64,000 bases of DNA, from the NCBI RefSeq assembly GCF_002854065.1, contig NZ_CP024147.1; one strand, 5' to 3'. Of this stretch, positions 1 through 12,518 are shown piece after piece. Source of the stretch: Escherichia coli. GTDB lineage: Bacteria > Pseudomonadota > Gammaproteobacteria > Enterobacterales > Enterobacteriaceae. Under the pieces are notes generated by a model. It did no database searches and had not been told where the DNA came from. It saw nothing but the letters and a program-made list of their open reading frames with translations. The position numbers and the translations under genes are program-made. Position 1 is the stretch's first letter, and every line of letters begins with the position of its first letter.

Positions 1-2810
1 GTGAGTTTGCTTACGACGAAAACCACTGCATGACGCTGCACCGCCAGCCGGGCGGCGAAGGGTATTATTACCAGTGGGGCTGGTATGACGGTCCGGATGA
101 TGCGGCGTGGCGGGTAACGGGGCACCACACGGACAGCGGTGAACAGTACCGGCTGGCGTGGGACCTGGCGCAGCGCAGGCTGTGCGTGACGGACGGACTG
201 GGGCGCACGCGTTATCACCAGTGGGATGCGCAGAATCAGGTGACGGCGTACCAGGACGAAGCCGGACAGGTGACGACATTCCGCTGGAGCGACGAAGAAC
301 GACTGTTGCTGGGGATGACCGACCCTCAGGGCGGCAAATGGCGCTATGTGTATGACCGGCAGGGGCATATCACGGAGACGCACGACCCGCTGGGGCGGGT
401 GGCGCAGGCGCAGTGGCACCCGGTGTGGCACCAGCCGGAAACGGAGGTGGACGCGGCGGGAAACAGCTGGCGCTGTGTGTACGATGAACGCGGCAACCTT
501 CTTGCCGTGACCGACCCGCTGCAGCAGAACACCCGGTATCAGTATGACCACCACGGCCAGGTGGTGCAGATAACGGATGTCCGTGGGGGGAATAAATACC
601 TTCAGTGGAACGAAGACGGGCAGCTCATGCGGCATACGGACTGTTCCGGCTCGCAGACGGCCTGGTTCTACGACGAACGCACGCGGCTGATACGGATGAC
701 AGACGCGCAGAGCCACAGCACGCGCTACGGGTATGACGACAGCGGTCATCTGACGGAGGTGATACTGGCGGACGGCCGCACGGTGAATTACCAGTCAGAC
801 GCGGCGGGCAGGCTGGTGAAGTACACCAGCCCGATGGGGAGGATAACGCGCTGGCAGCGGGACGGGCAGGGCCGGGTGCGCAGCCGGACGGACGCGATGG
901 GGCGCAGGACGGCGTTCGGGTACGACGCTTACGGGCGTCTGGTCACGCTCACGAACGAGAACGGAGAACGCTACCGGTTCCGCCATGATGTGCTGGACCG
1001 TCTGGCGGAGCAGATAAACCCGGACGGCTGCCGCCAGTCGTACCGCTACAACGCGCTGAACGCGGTCACGGAAGTGGTGTTCACCGGGGACCGGGGCGGT
1101 GAAATCCGCCACCGGCTGGCGCGTGATGCGGCGGGCCGGCTCACGGCAAAGGAGACAGCCGATGGCCGTACGGAATACGTCCATGATGCGGCTGACCGGC
1201 TACTGGAAATCCGCCGCCGGCGGTCGGATGCCGGGGAAACGGACGCCCCGGAGATTATCCGCTTCAGCTACGACAGACTGGGGCGGATGCTGAGCGAGGA
1301 GACGGCGCAGGGCATCCTGACCCACCAGTACGATGAACTGGGCAACCGGACTGCCACCACCTTTCCGGACGGCAGAACGCAGCGCCATCTGTACTACGGC
1401 AGCGGCCATCTCCAGCAGATAAATCTGGACCGGGAAGTCATCAGCGAGTTCACGCGCGACCACCTGCACCGTGAAGTGCTCAGAAGCCAGGGGCGACTGA
1501 GCACGCGGCAGCTTTACGACCCCGGCGGGCGGCTGAAGCGCAGGGAGACATACAGCGGGATGCGCGGGGTGGTACCGGAGACGTTCACGGACCGGCAGTA
1601 CAGCTACAGTGGCGAGGATGAACTGCTGAAGACGCGGCACAGCCGGCGGGGGGAAACGGATTACTTCTACGACCCCACGGGGCGCATCACGGCGTGTCGT
1701 TCGGAGGATGAGGGGTATCTGGCGAGCTGGCAGTACGACGCGGCGGGAAACCTGCTGGGGAGGCGCGCGGGGGAAAGGGCCACGGCAGAAAACAGCGTGG
1801 TGCCGTTCAACCGGCTGATGTCTTACCGTGGTGTGCACTACCGTTATGACGAATTTGGCCGTGCGGTGGAAAAGGAGGGCCGGAGCGGAACGCAGAGTTA
1901 CCGTTATGATGCGGAACACCGGATGGTGGAAGTGACGACAGCGCGGGGGACATACCGGTATGTGTACGATGCGCTGGGGAGGCGGACGGAAAAACAGCAC
2001 ATCAGCCCTGACGGAAAACCGTACAACCGGACAAAATTTTTATGGGACGGGATGCGGCTGGCGCAGGAGAGCAGGCCGGAGGGGACAGGCAGCCTGTATA
2101 TCTACAGGGACCAGGGGAGTTATGAACCGCTGGCGCGGGTGGATAAGGCGGGGAAAGAGGGACCGAACCGGATACTGTATTTTCACACGGATGTGAACGG
2201 CGCGCCGGAAGAGATGACGGACAGTGACGGGAAAATCGTGTGGGAGACGGGGTATCAGGTCTGGGGTAACACGATACAGGAGAAGGACCACGGCAGGGTG
2301 GAGCAGAACCTGCGCTACCAGGGACAGTACCTCGACAGGGAAACGGGGCTGCACTACAATCTGCACAGGTACTATGATCCGGATGTCGGGCGGTTCATGG
2401 TAACGGATCCGATAGGGCTGCTTGGTGGATTAAACTTATACCAATATGCACCGAATCCGTTGGGGTGGATCGACCCGTTAGGTTTAAAGTGTGGGCAACC
2501 TGAATGGACAAATCATGGATACAAACATTTTCCTCCAAAAAACAAATCATGGAAGGATATAATTAAATCAACAAAATCAGGCCCGGCAAAATATTCTCCC
2601 GATATTGATATTAAAACGCTGGAATACGATGTTTTTAATACAGGCACACCTGTTACCAACGGTAAACCATGGAAAGTAAAAGATATGGGGAAAGTTATTG
2701 GGGCCAGTGAGGGTAAAGAATCTCAATGGGTTCGAGTTGAACTTAGCGGTGGGACAATACATGGACATCCCATATCACTTGATGAATTCCGAAGGCTAAC
2801 AACACCATGA
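1..2810 (+). CDS. Rhs-family protein, 5'-partial (YD-repeat core plus variable C-terminal toxin tip); ORF is open to the window edge
   Basis: Long ORF with repeated YD/RYxYD motifs; conserved core-end motif DPxGL (…NPLGWIDPLGLK) followed by a 107-aa lysine-rich tip; no in-frame stop upstream of the first ATG at 30. Confidence 0.9.
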   Translation, partial: EFAYDENHCMTLHRQPGGEGYYYQWGWYDGPDDAAWRVTGHHTDSGEQYRLAWDLAQRRLCVTDGLGRTRYHQWDAQNQVTAYQDEAGQVTTFRWSDEERLLLGMTDPQGGKWRYVYDRQGHITETHDPLGRVAQAQWHPVWHQPETEVDAAGNSWRCVYDERGNLLAVTDPLQQNTRYQYDHHGQVVQITDVRGGNKYLQWNEDGQLMRHTDCSGSQTAWFYDERTRLIRMTDAQSHSTRYGYDDSGHLTEVILADGRTVNYQSDAAGRLVKYTSPMGRITRWQRDGQGRVRSRTDAMGRRTAFGYDAYGRLVTLTNENGERYRFRHDVLDRLAEQINPDGCRQSYRYNALNAVTEVVFTGDRGGEIRHRLARDAAGRLTAKETADGRTEYVHDAADRLLEIRRRRSDAGETDAPEIIRFSYDRLGRMLSEETAQGILTHQYDELGNRTATTFPDGRTQRHLYYGSGHLQQINLDREVISEFTRDHLHREVLRSQGRLSTRQLYDPGGRLKRRETYSGMRGVVPETFTDRQYSYSGEDELLKTRHSRRGETDYFYDPTGRITACRSEDEGYLASWQYDAAGNLLGRRAGERATAENSVVPFNRLMSYRGVHYRYDEFGRAVEKEGRSGTQSYRYDAEHRMVEVTTARGTYRYVYDALGRRTEKQHISPDGKPYNRTKFLWDGMRLAQESRPEGTGSLYIYRDQGSYEPLARVDKAGKEGPNRILYFHTDVNGAPEEMTDSDGKIVWETGYQVWGNTIQEKDHGRVEQNLRYQGQYLDRETGLHYNLHRYYDPDVGRFMVTDPIGLLGGLNLYQYAPNPLGWIDPLGLKCGQPEWTNHGYKHFPPKNKSWKDIIKSTKSGPAKYSPDIDIKTLEYDVFNTGTPVTNGKPWKVKDMGKVIGASEGKESQWVRVELSGGTIHGHPISLDEFRRLTTP

Positions 2811-3100
2811 ACATTGATTTCTTAGGAAAAAAAGGGAATGTAATTTTTAATGACTTCTCCCTGAAACAAAGCATCCCTCTTAATGAACAGCGAGATGAAC
2901 TTAAGGAAGATATGCTCCAGGTTGAATATCCTGGTGGGTATCTTTTGGATGTTGGGTGGCGACCATCTTTTAATTTAAATGGGAATTTTTATATTTGTTT
3001 AATAAAGGATTTTGATTGGGATACTCCCATTTATAATGGTTCTGCGAAAGATATTGTCTCATTATTATTTGAAATTAACCAAGCTATAAATAAACTTTAA
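2807..3100 (+). CDS. Putative Rhs immunity protein (97 aa)
   Basis: Start ATG overlaps the Rhs stop (ccATGAac); AT-rich; position immediately after the Rhs tip is typical of cognate immunity genes. Confidence 0.6.
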   Translation: MNIDFLGKKGNVIFNDFSLKQSIPLNEQRDELKEDMLQVEYPGGYLLDVGWRPSFNLNGNFYICLIKDFDWDTPIYNGSAKDIVSLLFEINQAINKL

Positions 3101-3140
3101 AAAAGCCGGGAAGAAAATAACATCTTCCCGGCTTTTTTAT
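3101..3140. terminator. Bidirectional rho-independent terminator between convergent genes
   Basis: Perfect hairpin agccgggaag…cttcccggct flanked by A-run and T-run. Confidence 0.7.
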
Positions 3141-3143
3141 TAT

Positions 3144-3473
3144 TTAACTCTCGTCCAGCACACTAAACATCCCGTTCCGCATCCCCTTAACCACCTGTTT
3201 AACCTGATAAAGTTCCTCCCGCAGCTCCTGCACCTCGTCACTGTCAGCGATAATGGTCAGGCACCCCTCCGAAATCTTCACCGTGACACCCCGCCCGGTA
3301 TCAAATCCGGCCTCTTTCAGCCAGTCGCCCTTAAGGTTCAGGCAGGGGTGTCGTGAGTAGTACGTGGTCATGTAGGTTTTGCTGTTTATGTGGCGGGCTC
3401 TGACATAGCCGACTTTATAGCGGCGCTGTGTTTTGGAAATGGTGACTTCTGGCGTAATATCGTGTTCAGCCAT
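3144..3473 (-). CDS. SymE-like type I toxin (AbrB-fold endoribonuclease family)
   Basis: 109-aa ORF; segment LKGDWLKEAGFDTGRGVTVKISEGCLTIIAD aligns with the SymE core ([31 protein letters not shown]) as I remember it. Confidence 0.7.
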   Translation of the reverse strand: MAEHDITPEVTISKTQRRYKVGYVRARHINSKTYMTTYYSRHPCLNLKGDWLKEAGFDTGRGVTVKISEGCLTIIADSDEVQELREELYQVKQVVKGMRNGMFSVLDES

Positions 3474-3601
3474 GATTAACTACCTTGATGAGTTGCTTGC
3501 GGGGAGCGCGCTTTCGTAATCTTGCCCTGCTAGCGGATTAACTTCACAAAAATCATTTCCCAACGTCTACACTTACTCCTGTTAATATCTCAGGAGCAGT
3601 A

Positions 3602-4111
3602 ATGAATCAGCAACGATTTGATGACAGCACCCTAATCCGTATCTTCGCCCTTCATGAGTTACATCGACTGAAAGAACATGGCTTAACGCGCGGGGCGCTT
3701 CTCGATTATCACAGCCGCTATAAACTCGTCTTTCTGGCTCATTCCCAGCCGGAATACCGCAAACTTGGCCCGTTCGTGGCTGATATTCACCAGTGGCAAA
3801 ATCTGGATGACTATTACAACCAGTACCGCCAACGCGTAGTTGTTTTGCTTTCTCACCCCGCCAACCGACGTGACCACACCAACGTTTTGATGCACGTTCA
3901 GGGTTATTTTCGCCCGCATATTGATTCCACAGAACGCCAGCAGCTGGCTGCGCTTATCGACAGTTATCGCCGTGGCGAGCAACCACTTCTTGCGCCGCTG
4001 ATGCGTATCAAACACTATATGGCGCTTTATCCTGACGCCTGGCTTTCAGGGCAGCGTTATTTCGAACTTTGGCCGCGTGTGATTAACTTGCGCCATTCAG
4101 GAGTTTTATGA
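3602..4111 (+). CDS. ybgA: DUF1722-family protein YbgA
   Basis: 169-aa ORF immediately upstream of and overlapping phr (ATGA overlap), as in the K-12 ybgA-phr operon. Confidence 0.85.
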   Translation: MNQQRFDDSTLIRIFALHELHRLKEHGLTRGALLDYHSRYKLVFLAHSQPEYRKLGPFVADIHQWQNLDDYYNQYRQRVVVLLSHPANRRDHTNVLMHVQGYFRPHIDSTERQQLAALIDSYRRGEQPLLAPLMRIKHYMALYPDAWLSGQRYFELWPRVINLRHSGVL

Positions 4112-5526
4112 CTACCCATCTGGTCTGGTTTCGCCAGGATTTACGTCTGCATGATAATCTCGCGCTGGCTGCCGCCTGCCGCAATTCGTCTGCACGCGTG
4201 CTGGCGTTGTATATCGCTACACCACGCCAGTGGGCGGCGCATAATATGTCGCCGCGTCAGGCTGAACTTATCAATGCTCAACTGAACGGGCTACAAATCG
4301 CGCTGGCGGAAAAAGGCATTCCTTTATTGTTCCGTGAAGTGGATGACTTTGCCGCCAGCGTCGAAATAGTTAAACAGGTGTGCGCGGAAAACCGCGTTAC
4401 TCATCTTTTTTATAACTATCAGTATGAGGTGAATGAGCGGGCGCGGGATGTGGAAGTTGAAAGAGTGCTGCGTAACGTGGTGTGTGAAGGATTTGATGAC
4501 AGTGTGATCCTGCCGCCTGGCGCGGTGATGACTGGCAATCATGAGATGTACAAAGTCTTTACGCCTTTTAAGAATGCCTGGCTGAAACGGCTGCGGGAAG
4601 GGATGCCGGAGTGCGTCGCTGCACCAAAAGTTCGTAGTAGCGGATCGATAAAGCCCGCGCCATCCATTACGCTGAATTATCCTCGTCAGTCTTTCGATAC
4701 TGCGCATTTCCCGGTGGAAGAAAAAGCGGCGATTGCGCAATTACGCCAGTTTTGCCAGAACGGTGCCGGAGAATATGAGCAACAACGAGATTTTCCGGCA
4801 GTGGAAGGCACCAGTCGTTTGTCCGCCAGCCTGGCAACGGGCGGGTTATCGCCTCGCCAGTGTTTGCATCGCCTGTTGGCGGAACAGCCGCAGGCGGTGG
4901 ACGGTGGGGCCGGTAGTGTCTGGCTTAATGAGCTGATCTGGCGCGAGTTTTACCGTCACCTGATAACGTATCACCCCTCGTTGTGTAAACATTGTCCGTT
5001 TATTGCCTGGACGGATCGTGTGCAGTGGCAGAGCAATCCCGCACATTTACAGGCCTGGCAGGAAGGCAAAACGGGATACCCGATTGTCGATGCTGCCATG
5101 CGTCAGCTTAATAGCACTGGCTGGATGCATAACCGGCTGCGGATGATTACAGCCAGTTTTCTGGTGAAAGATTTATTGATCGACTGGCGCGAAGGCGAGC
5201 GGTATTTCATGTCGCAGCTGATTGATGGTGATTTGGCAGCCAATAACGGTGGCTGGCAGTGGGCGGCTTCTACGGGTACTGATGCAGCGCCGTATTTTCG
5301 TATTTTCAACCCGACAACCCAGGGCGAGAAATTTGACCGCGAAGGCGAGTTTATCCGCCAGTGGCTACCGGAACTGCGCGATGTACCGGGGAAATCGGTG
5401 CATGAGCCGTGGAAGTGGGCTGAGAAAGCAGGTGTGAAGCTGGATTATCCGCAACCGATAGTCGAGCACAAAGAGGCGAGAGTACAAACGTTGGCAGCGT
5501 ATGAGGCGGCGCGGAAGGGGAAATAA
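4108..5526 (+). CDS. phr: Deoxyribodipyrimidine photolyase
   Basis: 472-aa ORF; N-terminus MTTHLVWFRQDLRLHDN and FAD-binding C-terminal region characteristic of photolyase. Confidence 0.95.
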   Translation: MTTHLVWFRQDLRLHDNLALAAACRNSSARVLALYIATPRQWAAHNMSPRQAELINAQLNGLQIALAEKGIPLLFREVDDFAASVEIVKQVCAENRVTHLFYNYQYEVNERARDVEVERVLRNVVCEGFDDSVILPPGAVMTGNHEMYKVFTPFKNAWLKRLREGMPECVAAPKVRSSGSIKPAPSITLNYPRQSFDTAHFPVEEKAAIAQLRQFCQNGAGEYEQQRDFPAVEGTSRLSASLATGGLSPRQCLHRLLAEQPQAVDGGAGSVWLNELIWREFYRHLITYHPSLCKHCPFIAWTDRVQWQSNPAHLQAWQEGKTGYPIVDAAMRQLNSTGWMHNRLRMITASFLVKDLLIDWREGERYFMSQLIDGDLAANNGGWQWAASTGTDAAPYFRIFNPTTQGEKFDREGEFIRQWLPELRDVPGKSVHEPWKWAEKAGVKLDYPQPIVEHKEARVQTLAAYEAARKGK

Positions 5527-7340
<1,814 letters not shown>

Positions 7341-7427
7341 TTAATATGTCAAAAGATTGGCTATCGACGAACAGGCGAGGTAACGCTATGTTAACGGTGT
7401 AGCTATCAGAATACGGAAGGCGCGAAG

Positions 7428-8171
7428 ATGAAAAACACCGAACTGGAACAACTGATTAACGAAAAACTGAACAGCGCGGCGATTAGTGATTACGCGCCGA
7501 ATGGTTTGCAGGTGGAAGGCAAAGAGACGGTGCAAAAAATTGTTACCGGTGTCACTGCCAGCCAGGCTTTGCTCGATGAGGCAGTGCGTCTGGGCGCGGA
7601 TGCGGTCATTGTGCATCATGGCTACTTCTGGAAAGGCGAATCTCCGGTCATTCGCGGCATGAAGCGTAACCGTTTAAAAACGTTGCTGGCGAATGATATC
7701 AACCTGTATGGCTGGCATTTGCCGCTTGACGCACATCCTGAGCTGGGCAATAACGCACAGCTGGCGGCGTTACTGGGGATCACGGTCATGGGCGAAATTG
7801 AGCCGTTGGTGCCGTGGGGCGAACTGACCATGCCTGTGCCGGGACTGGAGCTGGCTTCCTGGATTGAAGCGCGTCTGGGACGTAAGCCGTTATGGTGTGG
7901 CGATACCGGACCTGAGGTGGTCCAGCGCGTCGCCTGGTGCACGGGCGGCGGGCAAAGTTTTATCGATAGCGCCGCGCGTTTTGGCGTGGATGCTTTTATT
8001 ACTGGCGAAGTTTCTGAACAGACCATTCATTCAGCCCGCGAGCAGGGATTGCATTTTTATGCTGCAGGTCACCATGCCACTGAACGTGGTGGTATTCGCG
8101 CATTGAGCGAGTGGCTGAATGAAAATACCGATCTTGATGTGACCTTTATTGATATTCCTAATCCTGCATAA
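7428..8171 (+). CDS. ybgI: Nif3-family metal-binding protein (GTP cyclohydrolase 1 type 2 homolog)
   Basis: 247-aa ORF; synteny upstream of pxpBCA. Confidence 0.85.
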   Translation: MKNTELEQLINEKLNSAAISDYAPNGLQVEGKETVQKIVTGVTASQALLDEAVRLGADAVIVHHGYFWKGESPVIRGMKRNRLKTLLANDINLYGWHLPLDAHPELGNNAQLAALLGITVMGEIEPLVPWGELTMPVPGLELASWIEARLGRKPLWCGDTGPEVVQRVAWCTGGGQSFIDSAARFGVDAFITGEVSEQTIHSAREQGLHFYAAGHHATERGGIRALSEWLNENTDLDVTFIDIPNPA

Positions 8172-8193
8172 CGAATAATCAGAGGGATCGAAA

Positions 8194-8850
8194 GTGCAAC
8201 GAGCGCGTTGTTATCTGATAGGTGAAACGGCGGTAGTGCTGGAACTGGAACCGCCGGTGACGCTGGCTAGCCAGAAACGGATCTGGCGACTGGCGCAGCG
8301 TCTGGTGGATATGCCGAATGTGGTTGAAGCCATTCCCGGCATGAACAATATCACGGTGATTTTGCGTAATCCTGAGTCGCTGGCGCTGGATGCCATAGAG
8401 CGTTTGCAACGCTGGTGGGAGGAGAGCGAGGCCCTGGAACCTGAGTCTCGCTTTATTGAAATTCCGGTGGTTTACGGTGGTGCAGGCGGACCGGATTTGG
8501 CGGTGGTCGCGGCGCATTGCGGGTTGAGCGAAAAACAGGTTGTTGAATTGCACTCCTCCGTGGAATACGTGGTCTGGTTTTTAGGTTTTCAACCGGGCTT
8601 CCCGTATCTCGGGAGTTTGCCGGAACAACTACACACGCCACGGCGCGCTGAACCGCGCTTGCTCGTTCCGGCAGGTTCTGTCGGGATCGGCGGGCCGCAG
8701 ACTGGTGTTTATCCGCTGGCAACGCCGGGTGGCTGGCAGTTGATTGGTCATACCTCACTCAGCCTGTTTGATCCGGCGCGTGACGAACCCATCTTATTAC
8801 GTCCGGGAGACAGCGTGCGCTTTGTACCGCAAAAGGAGGGAGTATGCTGA
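8194..8850 (+). CDS. pxpB: 5-oxoprolinase subunit B
   Basis: 218-aa ORF (ybgJ); synteny; overlaps the next gene. Confidence 0.85.
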
Positions 8851-9776
8851 AGATTATTCGTGCGGGCATGTATACCACTGTGCAAGATGGCGGTCGTCAC
8901 GGTTTTCGCCAGTCGGGTATCAGCCACTGCGGCGCACTGGATATGCCTGCGTTACGCATTGCTAACCTGCTGGTGGGTAATGACGCCAATGCCCCCGCGC
9001 TGGAGATCACGCTCGGTCAGTTAACGGTTGAGTTCGAAACTGATGGGTGGTTTGCTCTGACGGGTGCCGGTTGCGAAGCGCGGCTGGATGATAATGCCGT
9101 CTGGACCGGCTGGCGATTGCCGATGAAAGCAGGCCAGCGTTTAACGCTTAAACGCCCGCAGCACGGGATGCGCAGTTATCTGGCGGTCGCGGGTGGTATT
9201 GATGTTCCGCCGGTAATGGGGTCATGCAGCACCGATCTCAAAGTGGGGATTGGCGGGCTGGAAGGCCGTTTACTGAGGGATGGTGACCGGCTCCCGATTG
9301 GCAAAGCGAAGCGTGATTTTATGGAAGCGCAGGGCGTTAAACAGCTGCTGTGGGGCAACCGCATTCGCGCCTTGCCGGGGCCGGAATATCATGAGTTCGA
9401 TCGCGCCTCGCAGGATGCATTCTGGCGTTCGCCCTGGCAGCTTAGCTCGCAAAGTAACCGAATGGGTTATCGCTTACAGGGGCAAATTTTAAAACGCACC
9501 ACCGATCGCGAACTGTTATCTCACGGTTTGTTACCGGGTGTGGTGCAGGTGCCGCATAACGGGCAGCCCATTGTGTTGATGAACGACGCACAGACCACCG
9601 GTGGTTACCCGCGTATTGCCTGTATCATTGAGGCTGATATGTACCATCTGGCGCAAATTCCGCTCGGTCAGCCGATTCATTTTGTCCAGTGTTCACTGGA
9701 AGAGGCACTGAAAGCGCGGCAAGATCAGCAACGTTATTTCGAACAATTAGCGTGGCGGCTGCACAATGAAAATTGA
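8844..9776 (+). CDS. pxpC: 5-oxoprolinase subunit C
   Basis: 310-aa ORF (ybgK); overlapping operon arrangement. Confidence 0.85.
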
Positions 9777-10500
9777 CCTGAACGCCGATCTGGGCGAAGG
9801 CTGCACCAGCGACGCAGAGCTATTAACGCTGGTTTCCTCTGCCAATATTGCCTGTGGATTTCATGCAGGCGATGCGCAAACCATACAGGCTTGCGTGCGT
9901 GAAGCAATAAAAAATGGTGTCGCGATTGGCGCTCATCCGAGTTTTCCCGACAGGGAAAATTTTGGTCGCAGCGCTATGCAGCTGCCGCCAGAAACCGTTT
10001 ACGCCCAGACGCTGTATCAAATTGGCGCGCTGGCAACGATTACCCGTGCGCAAGGCGGTGTAATGCGTCATGTCAAACCGCACGGCATGTTATACAACCA
10101 GGCGGCGAAAGAGGCACAACTGGCAGACGCCATCGCCAGAGCGGTATACGCTTGCGATCCAGCATTGGTTCTCGTTGGGCTGGCAGGAAGCGAGCTGATT
10201 CGTGCAGGCAAGCAATATGGCCTGACAACGCGCGAGGAAGTGTTTGCCGATCGCGGTTATCAGGCTGACGGCTCGCTGGTGCCGCGAAGCCAGTCAGGCG
10301 CGCTGATTGAAGACGAAGAACAGGCGCTTGCGCAAACGTTGGAGATGGTGCAACACGGCAGAGTCAAAAGTATCACCGGCGAATGGGCAACGGTCACGGC
10401 GCAAACGGTCTGCCTGCATGGCGACGGCGAGCACGCACTGGCGTTCGCCCGCCGACTACGCTCTACCTTTGCCGAAAAGGGGATTGTTGTCGCAGCATAA
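9766..10500 (+). CDS. pxpA: 5-oxoprolinase subunit A (LamB/YcsF family)
   Basis: 244-aa ORF (ybgL); overlaps pxpC. Confidence 0.85.
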   Translation: MKIDLNADLGEGCTSDAELLTLVSSANIACGFHAGDAQTIQACVREAIKNGVAIGAHPSFPDRENFGRSAMQLPPETVYAQTLYQIGALATITRAQGGVMRHVKPHGMLYNQAAKEAQLADAIARAVYACDPALVLVGLAGSELIRAGKQYGLTTREEVFADRGYQADGSLVPRSQSGALIEDEEQALAQTLEMVQHGRVKSITGEWATVTAQTVCLHGDGEHALAFARRLRSTFAEKGIVVAA

Positions 10501-10535
10501 CCCCGATTAATAAAGAATGAAAAAAGGATATCACC

Positions 10536-11327
10536 ATGCCTGAAGGCCCGGAGATCCGCCGTGCAGCGGATAACCTGGAGGCGGCGATCAAAGGCAAACC
10601 ACTAACTGATGTCTGGTTTGCCTTCCCGCAGTTAAAAACTTATCAATCACAACTTATCGGTCAACACGTTACCCATGTGGAAACGCGTGGTAAGGCGTTG
10701 TTAACTCATTTTTCCAACGACTTAACGCTCTACAGCCATAATCAGCTTTATGGCGTCTGGCGCGTGGTTGATACCGGCGAAGAGTCGCAGACCACGCGAG
10801 TATTGCGGGTAAAACTGCAAACGGCTGACAAAACCATTCTGCTTTATAGTGCCTCGGATATTGAGATGTTGACCCCGGAACAACTGACCACGCATCCGTT
10901 TTTACAACGCGTTGGTCCCGATGTGCTGGATCCGAATCTGACGCCGGAGGTGGTAAAGGAACGATTATTGTCGCCGCGCTTTCGTAACCGTCAGTTTGCT
11001 GGATTACTGCTCGATCAGGCGTTTCTGGCAGGACTTGGCAATTATTTGCGGGTGGAGATCCTCTGGCAGGTTGGGTTGACTGGAAATCATAAAGCGAAAG
11101 ACCTCAATGCGGCGCAACTGGATGCACTCGCACACGCGTTACTGGATATTCCTCGGTTTTCTTACGCTACGCGGGGGCAGGTGGATGAGAATAAGCATCA
11201 TGGGGCGCTGTTTCGCTTTAAGGTTTTTCATCGTGATGGCGAACTGTGCGAACGCTGTGGCGGCATCATTGAGAAAACCACGCTGTCATCTCGCCCGTTT
11301 TACTGGTGTCCGGGCTGCCAGCACTAG
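10536..11327 (+). CDS. nei: Endonuclease VIII (DNA glycosylase/AP lyase)
   Basis: 263-aa ORF; N-terminal MPEGPEIRR (Fpg/Nei catalytic Pro2-Glu3) and C-terminal zinc finger CxxC…CxxC. Confidence 0.95.
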   Translation: MPEGPEIRRAADNLEAAIKGKPLTDVWFAFPQLKTYQSQLIGQHVTHVETRGKALLTHFSNDLTLYSHNQLYGVWRVVDTGEESQTTRVLRVKLQTADKTILLYSASDIEMLTPEQLTTHPFLQRVGPDVLDPNLTPEVVKERLLSPRFRNRQFAGLLLDQAFLAGLGNYLRVEILWQVGLTGNHKAKDLNAAQLDALAHALLDIPRFSYATRGQVDENKHHGALFRFKVFHRDGELCERCGGIIEKTTLSSRPFYWCPGCQH

Positions 11328-12370
11328 GCCGTACGTTTCGGCGCATAGGTTGAAATAAACCGCGCAATGGCAGGCCCTGTCAGCAAAATACTGAACAGGC
11401 GCAGGGTTTGCATCGCCATAATGAGCGCCATATTGGCATTGCTCCCTGCGGCGATGACCGCCACGGTATCAAGCCCGCCGGGGCTGGTGGCGAGGTAGGC
11501 AGTCATAAAATCAATGTGCATAAACCGGGTCAGTCCCCACGCCATACCCGCACAAATAGCCAGCAGAGCAAAAATCGACAGCAGGATTTGTGGTAGCGGG
11601 CGTAGTGCCCGCAGTAAGATTTGTTTATCGAAACCAAGACCAATCCGCCAGCCAATTGCCATATACGCCATCGCCAGCAGCCATTCCGGTAGTTCGATGG
11701 TGATGAGCTGACCAGACTGGAGCACTGCGCCCGCCAGCATCGGGATGAGCATCGTGCCGGAAGGAAGACGCAGCAAGCATCCCACTGTACCGGCAACGAC
11801 CGCGAGCAAAATAGTAAGCAGGAGATTAATGCTCACTGGCGGGAACCAGACGATATGCTGGTTAACCGCTTCAGCGTTATCGCCCAGCATCATTCGCGTG
11901 ACCAGAACTGCGGCCCCCGCGACAAACAGCACTCGCAGATACTGCATAAACGCCACCAGGCGGATATCTGCGCCGTAATCCTGCGCCATCGCGACCATTG
12001 CCGCCGCCCCGCCAGGCGAGGAGCCCCAGGCACCAGTATTTCCGGGCAGTGAGCTATAGCGCACCAGTAGCCATCCCACGATAGCGCTGGAAAGCAACGT
12101 CACCAGTAAAATAGCTAACACAATCGGCCAGTTAACCGCCAGCGTGGTCAGGATCGAGCCGGTCAAATTTTGCGCAATCATGCAGCCAAGAATGGCCTGC
12201 GCGGCGAGAAAAGCGGAGCGGGGGAGTTGCAGGGTAACCCCGCGCATACTGAAGATGATCCCGGCGATCATCGGCCCAAGTAATAATGCCGCCGGGAGAT
12301 GTACCGCGAGGAAACCAATAGAAAGGAGAAGTGATAGCACACATAACATTCCCCACTGCAAAACTGGCAT
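11324..12370 (-). CDS. abrB: AbrB-family putative membrane regulator/transporter (YbgN)
   Basis: Polytopic membrane ORF; synteny; start chosen at MPVLQWGM (the ORF track begins five codons earlier), so the exact start is uncertain. Confidence 0.8.
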   Translation of the reverse strand: MPVLQWGMLCVLSLLLSIGFLAVHLPAALLLGPMIAGIIFSMRGVTLQLPRSAFLAAQAILGCMIAQNLTGSILTTLAVNWPIVLAILLVTLLSSAIVGWLLVRYSSLPGNTGAWGSSPGGAAAMVAMAQDYGADIRLVAFMQYLRVLFVAGAAVLVTRMMLGDNAEAVNQHIVWFPPVSINLLLTILLAVVAGTVGCLLRLPSGTMLIPMLAGAVLQSGQLITIELPEWLLAMAYMAIGWRIGLGFDKQILLRALRPLPQILLSIFALLAICAGMAWGLTRFMHIDFMTAYLATSPGGLDTVAVIAAGSNANMALIMAMQTLRLFSILLTGPAIARFISTYAPKRTA

Positions 12371-12518
12371 CCTTTGCTCCCTCATTATTTACTCTTTGGT
12401 GTATCGATACAGCATAAAGAATGCCGGGCATGGAAAAAATAACGGTAATCAATAAAAGCCGGAAAATTGGCAATTAACCGAAGAAGCCCTCTCCGGCTGG
12501 AAAGGGCAATAGGCTAAA

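Noticed and set aside
1200-2000. 266-aa minus-strand ORF and several shorter ORFs (158..355, 344..532, 795..1184, 1099..1293, 2040..2366) inside the Rhs core
   Set aside because: Overlap the Rhs reading frame; Pro/Arg-rich composition typical of off-frame translation of GC-rich repeats.
3474-3600. Possible LexA (SOS) box upstream of the SymE-like gene
   Set aside because: The ctgttaatatctcag palindrome has a 9-nt rather than 10-nt spacer between CTG and CAG and overlaps the ybgA ribosome-binding site; not a canonical LexA site.
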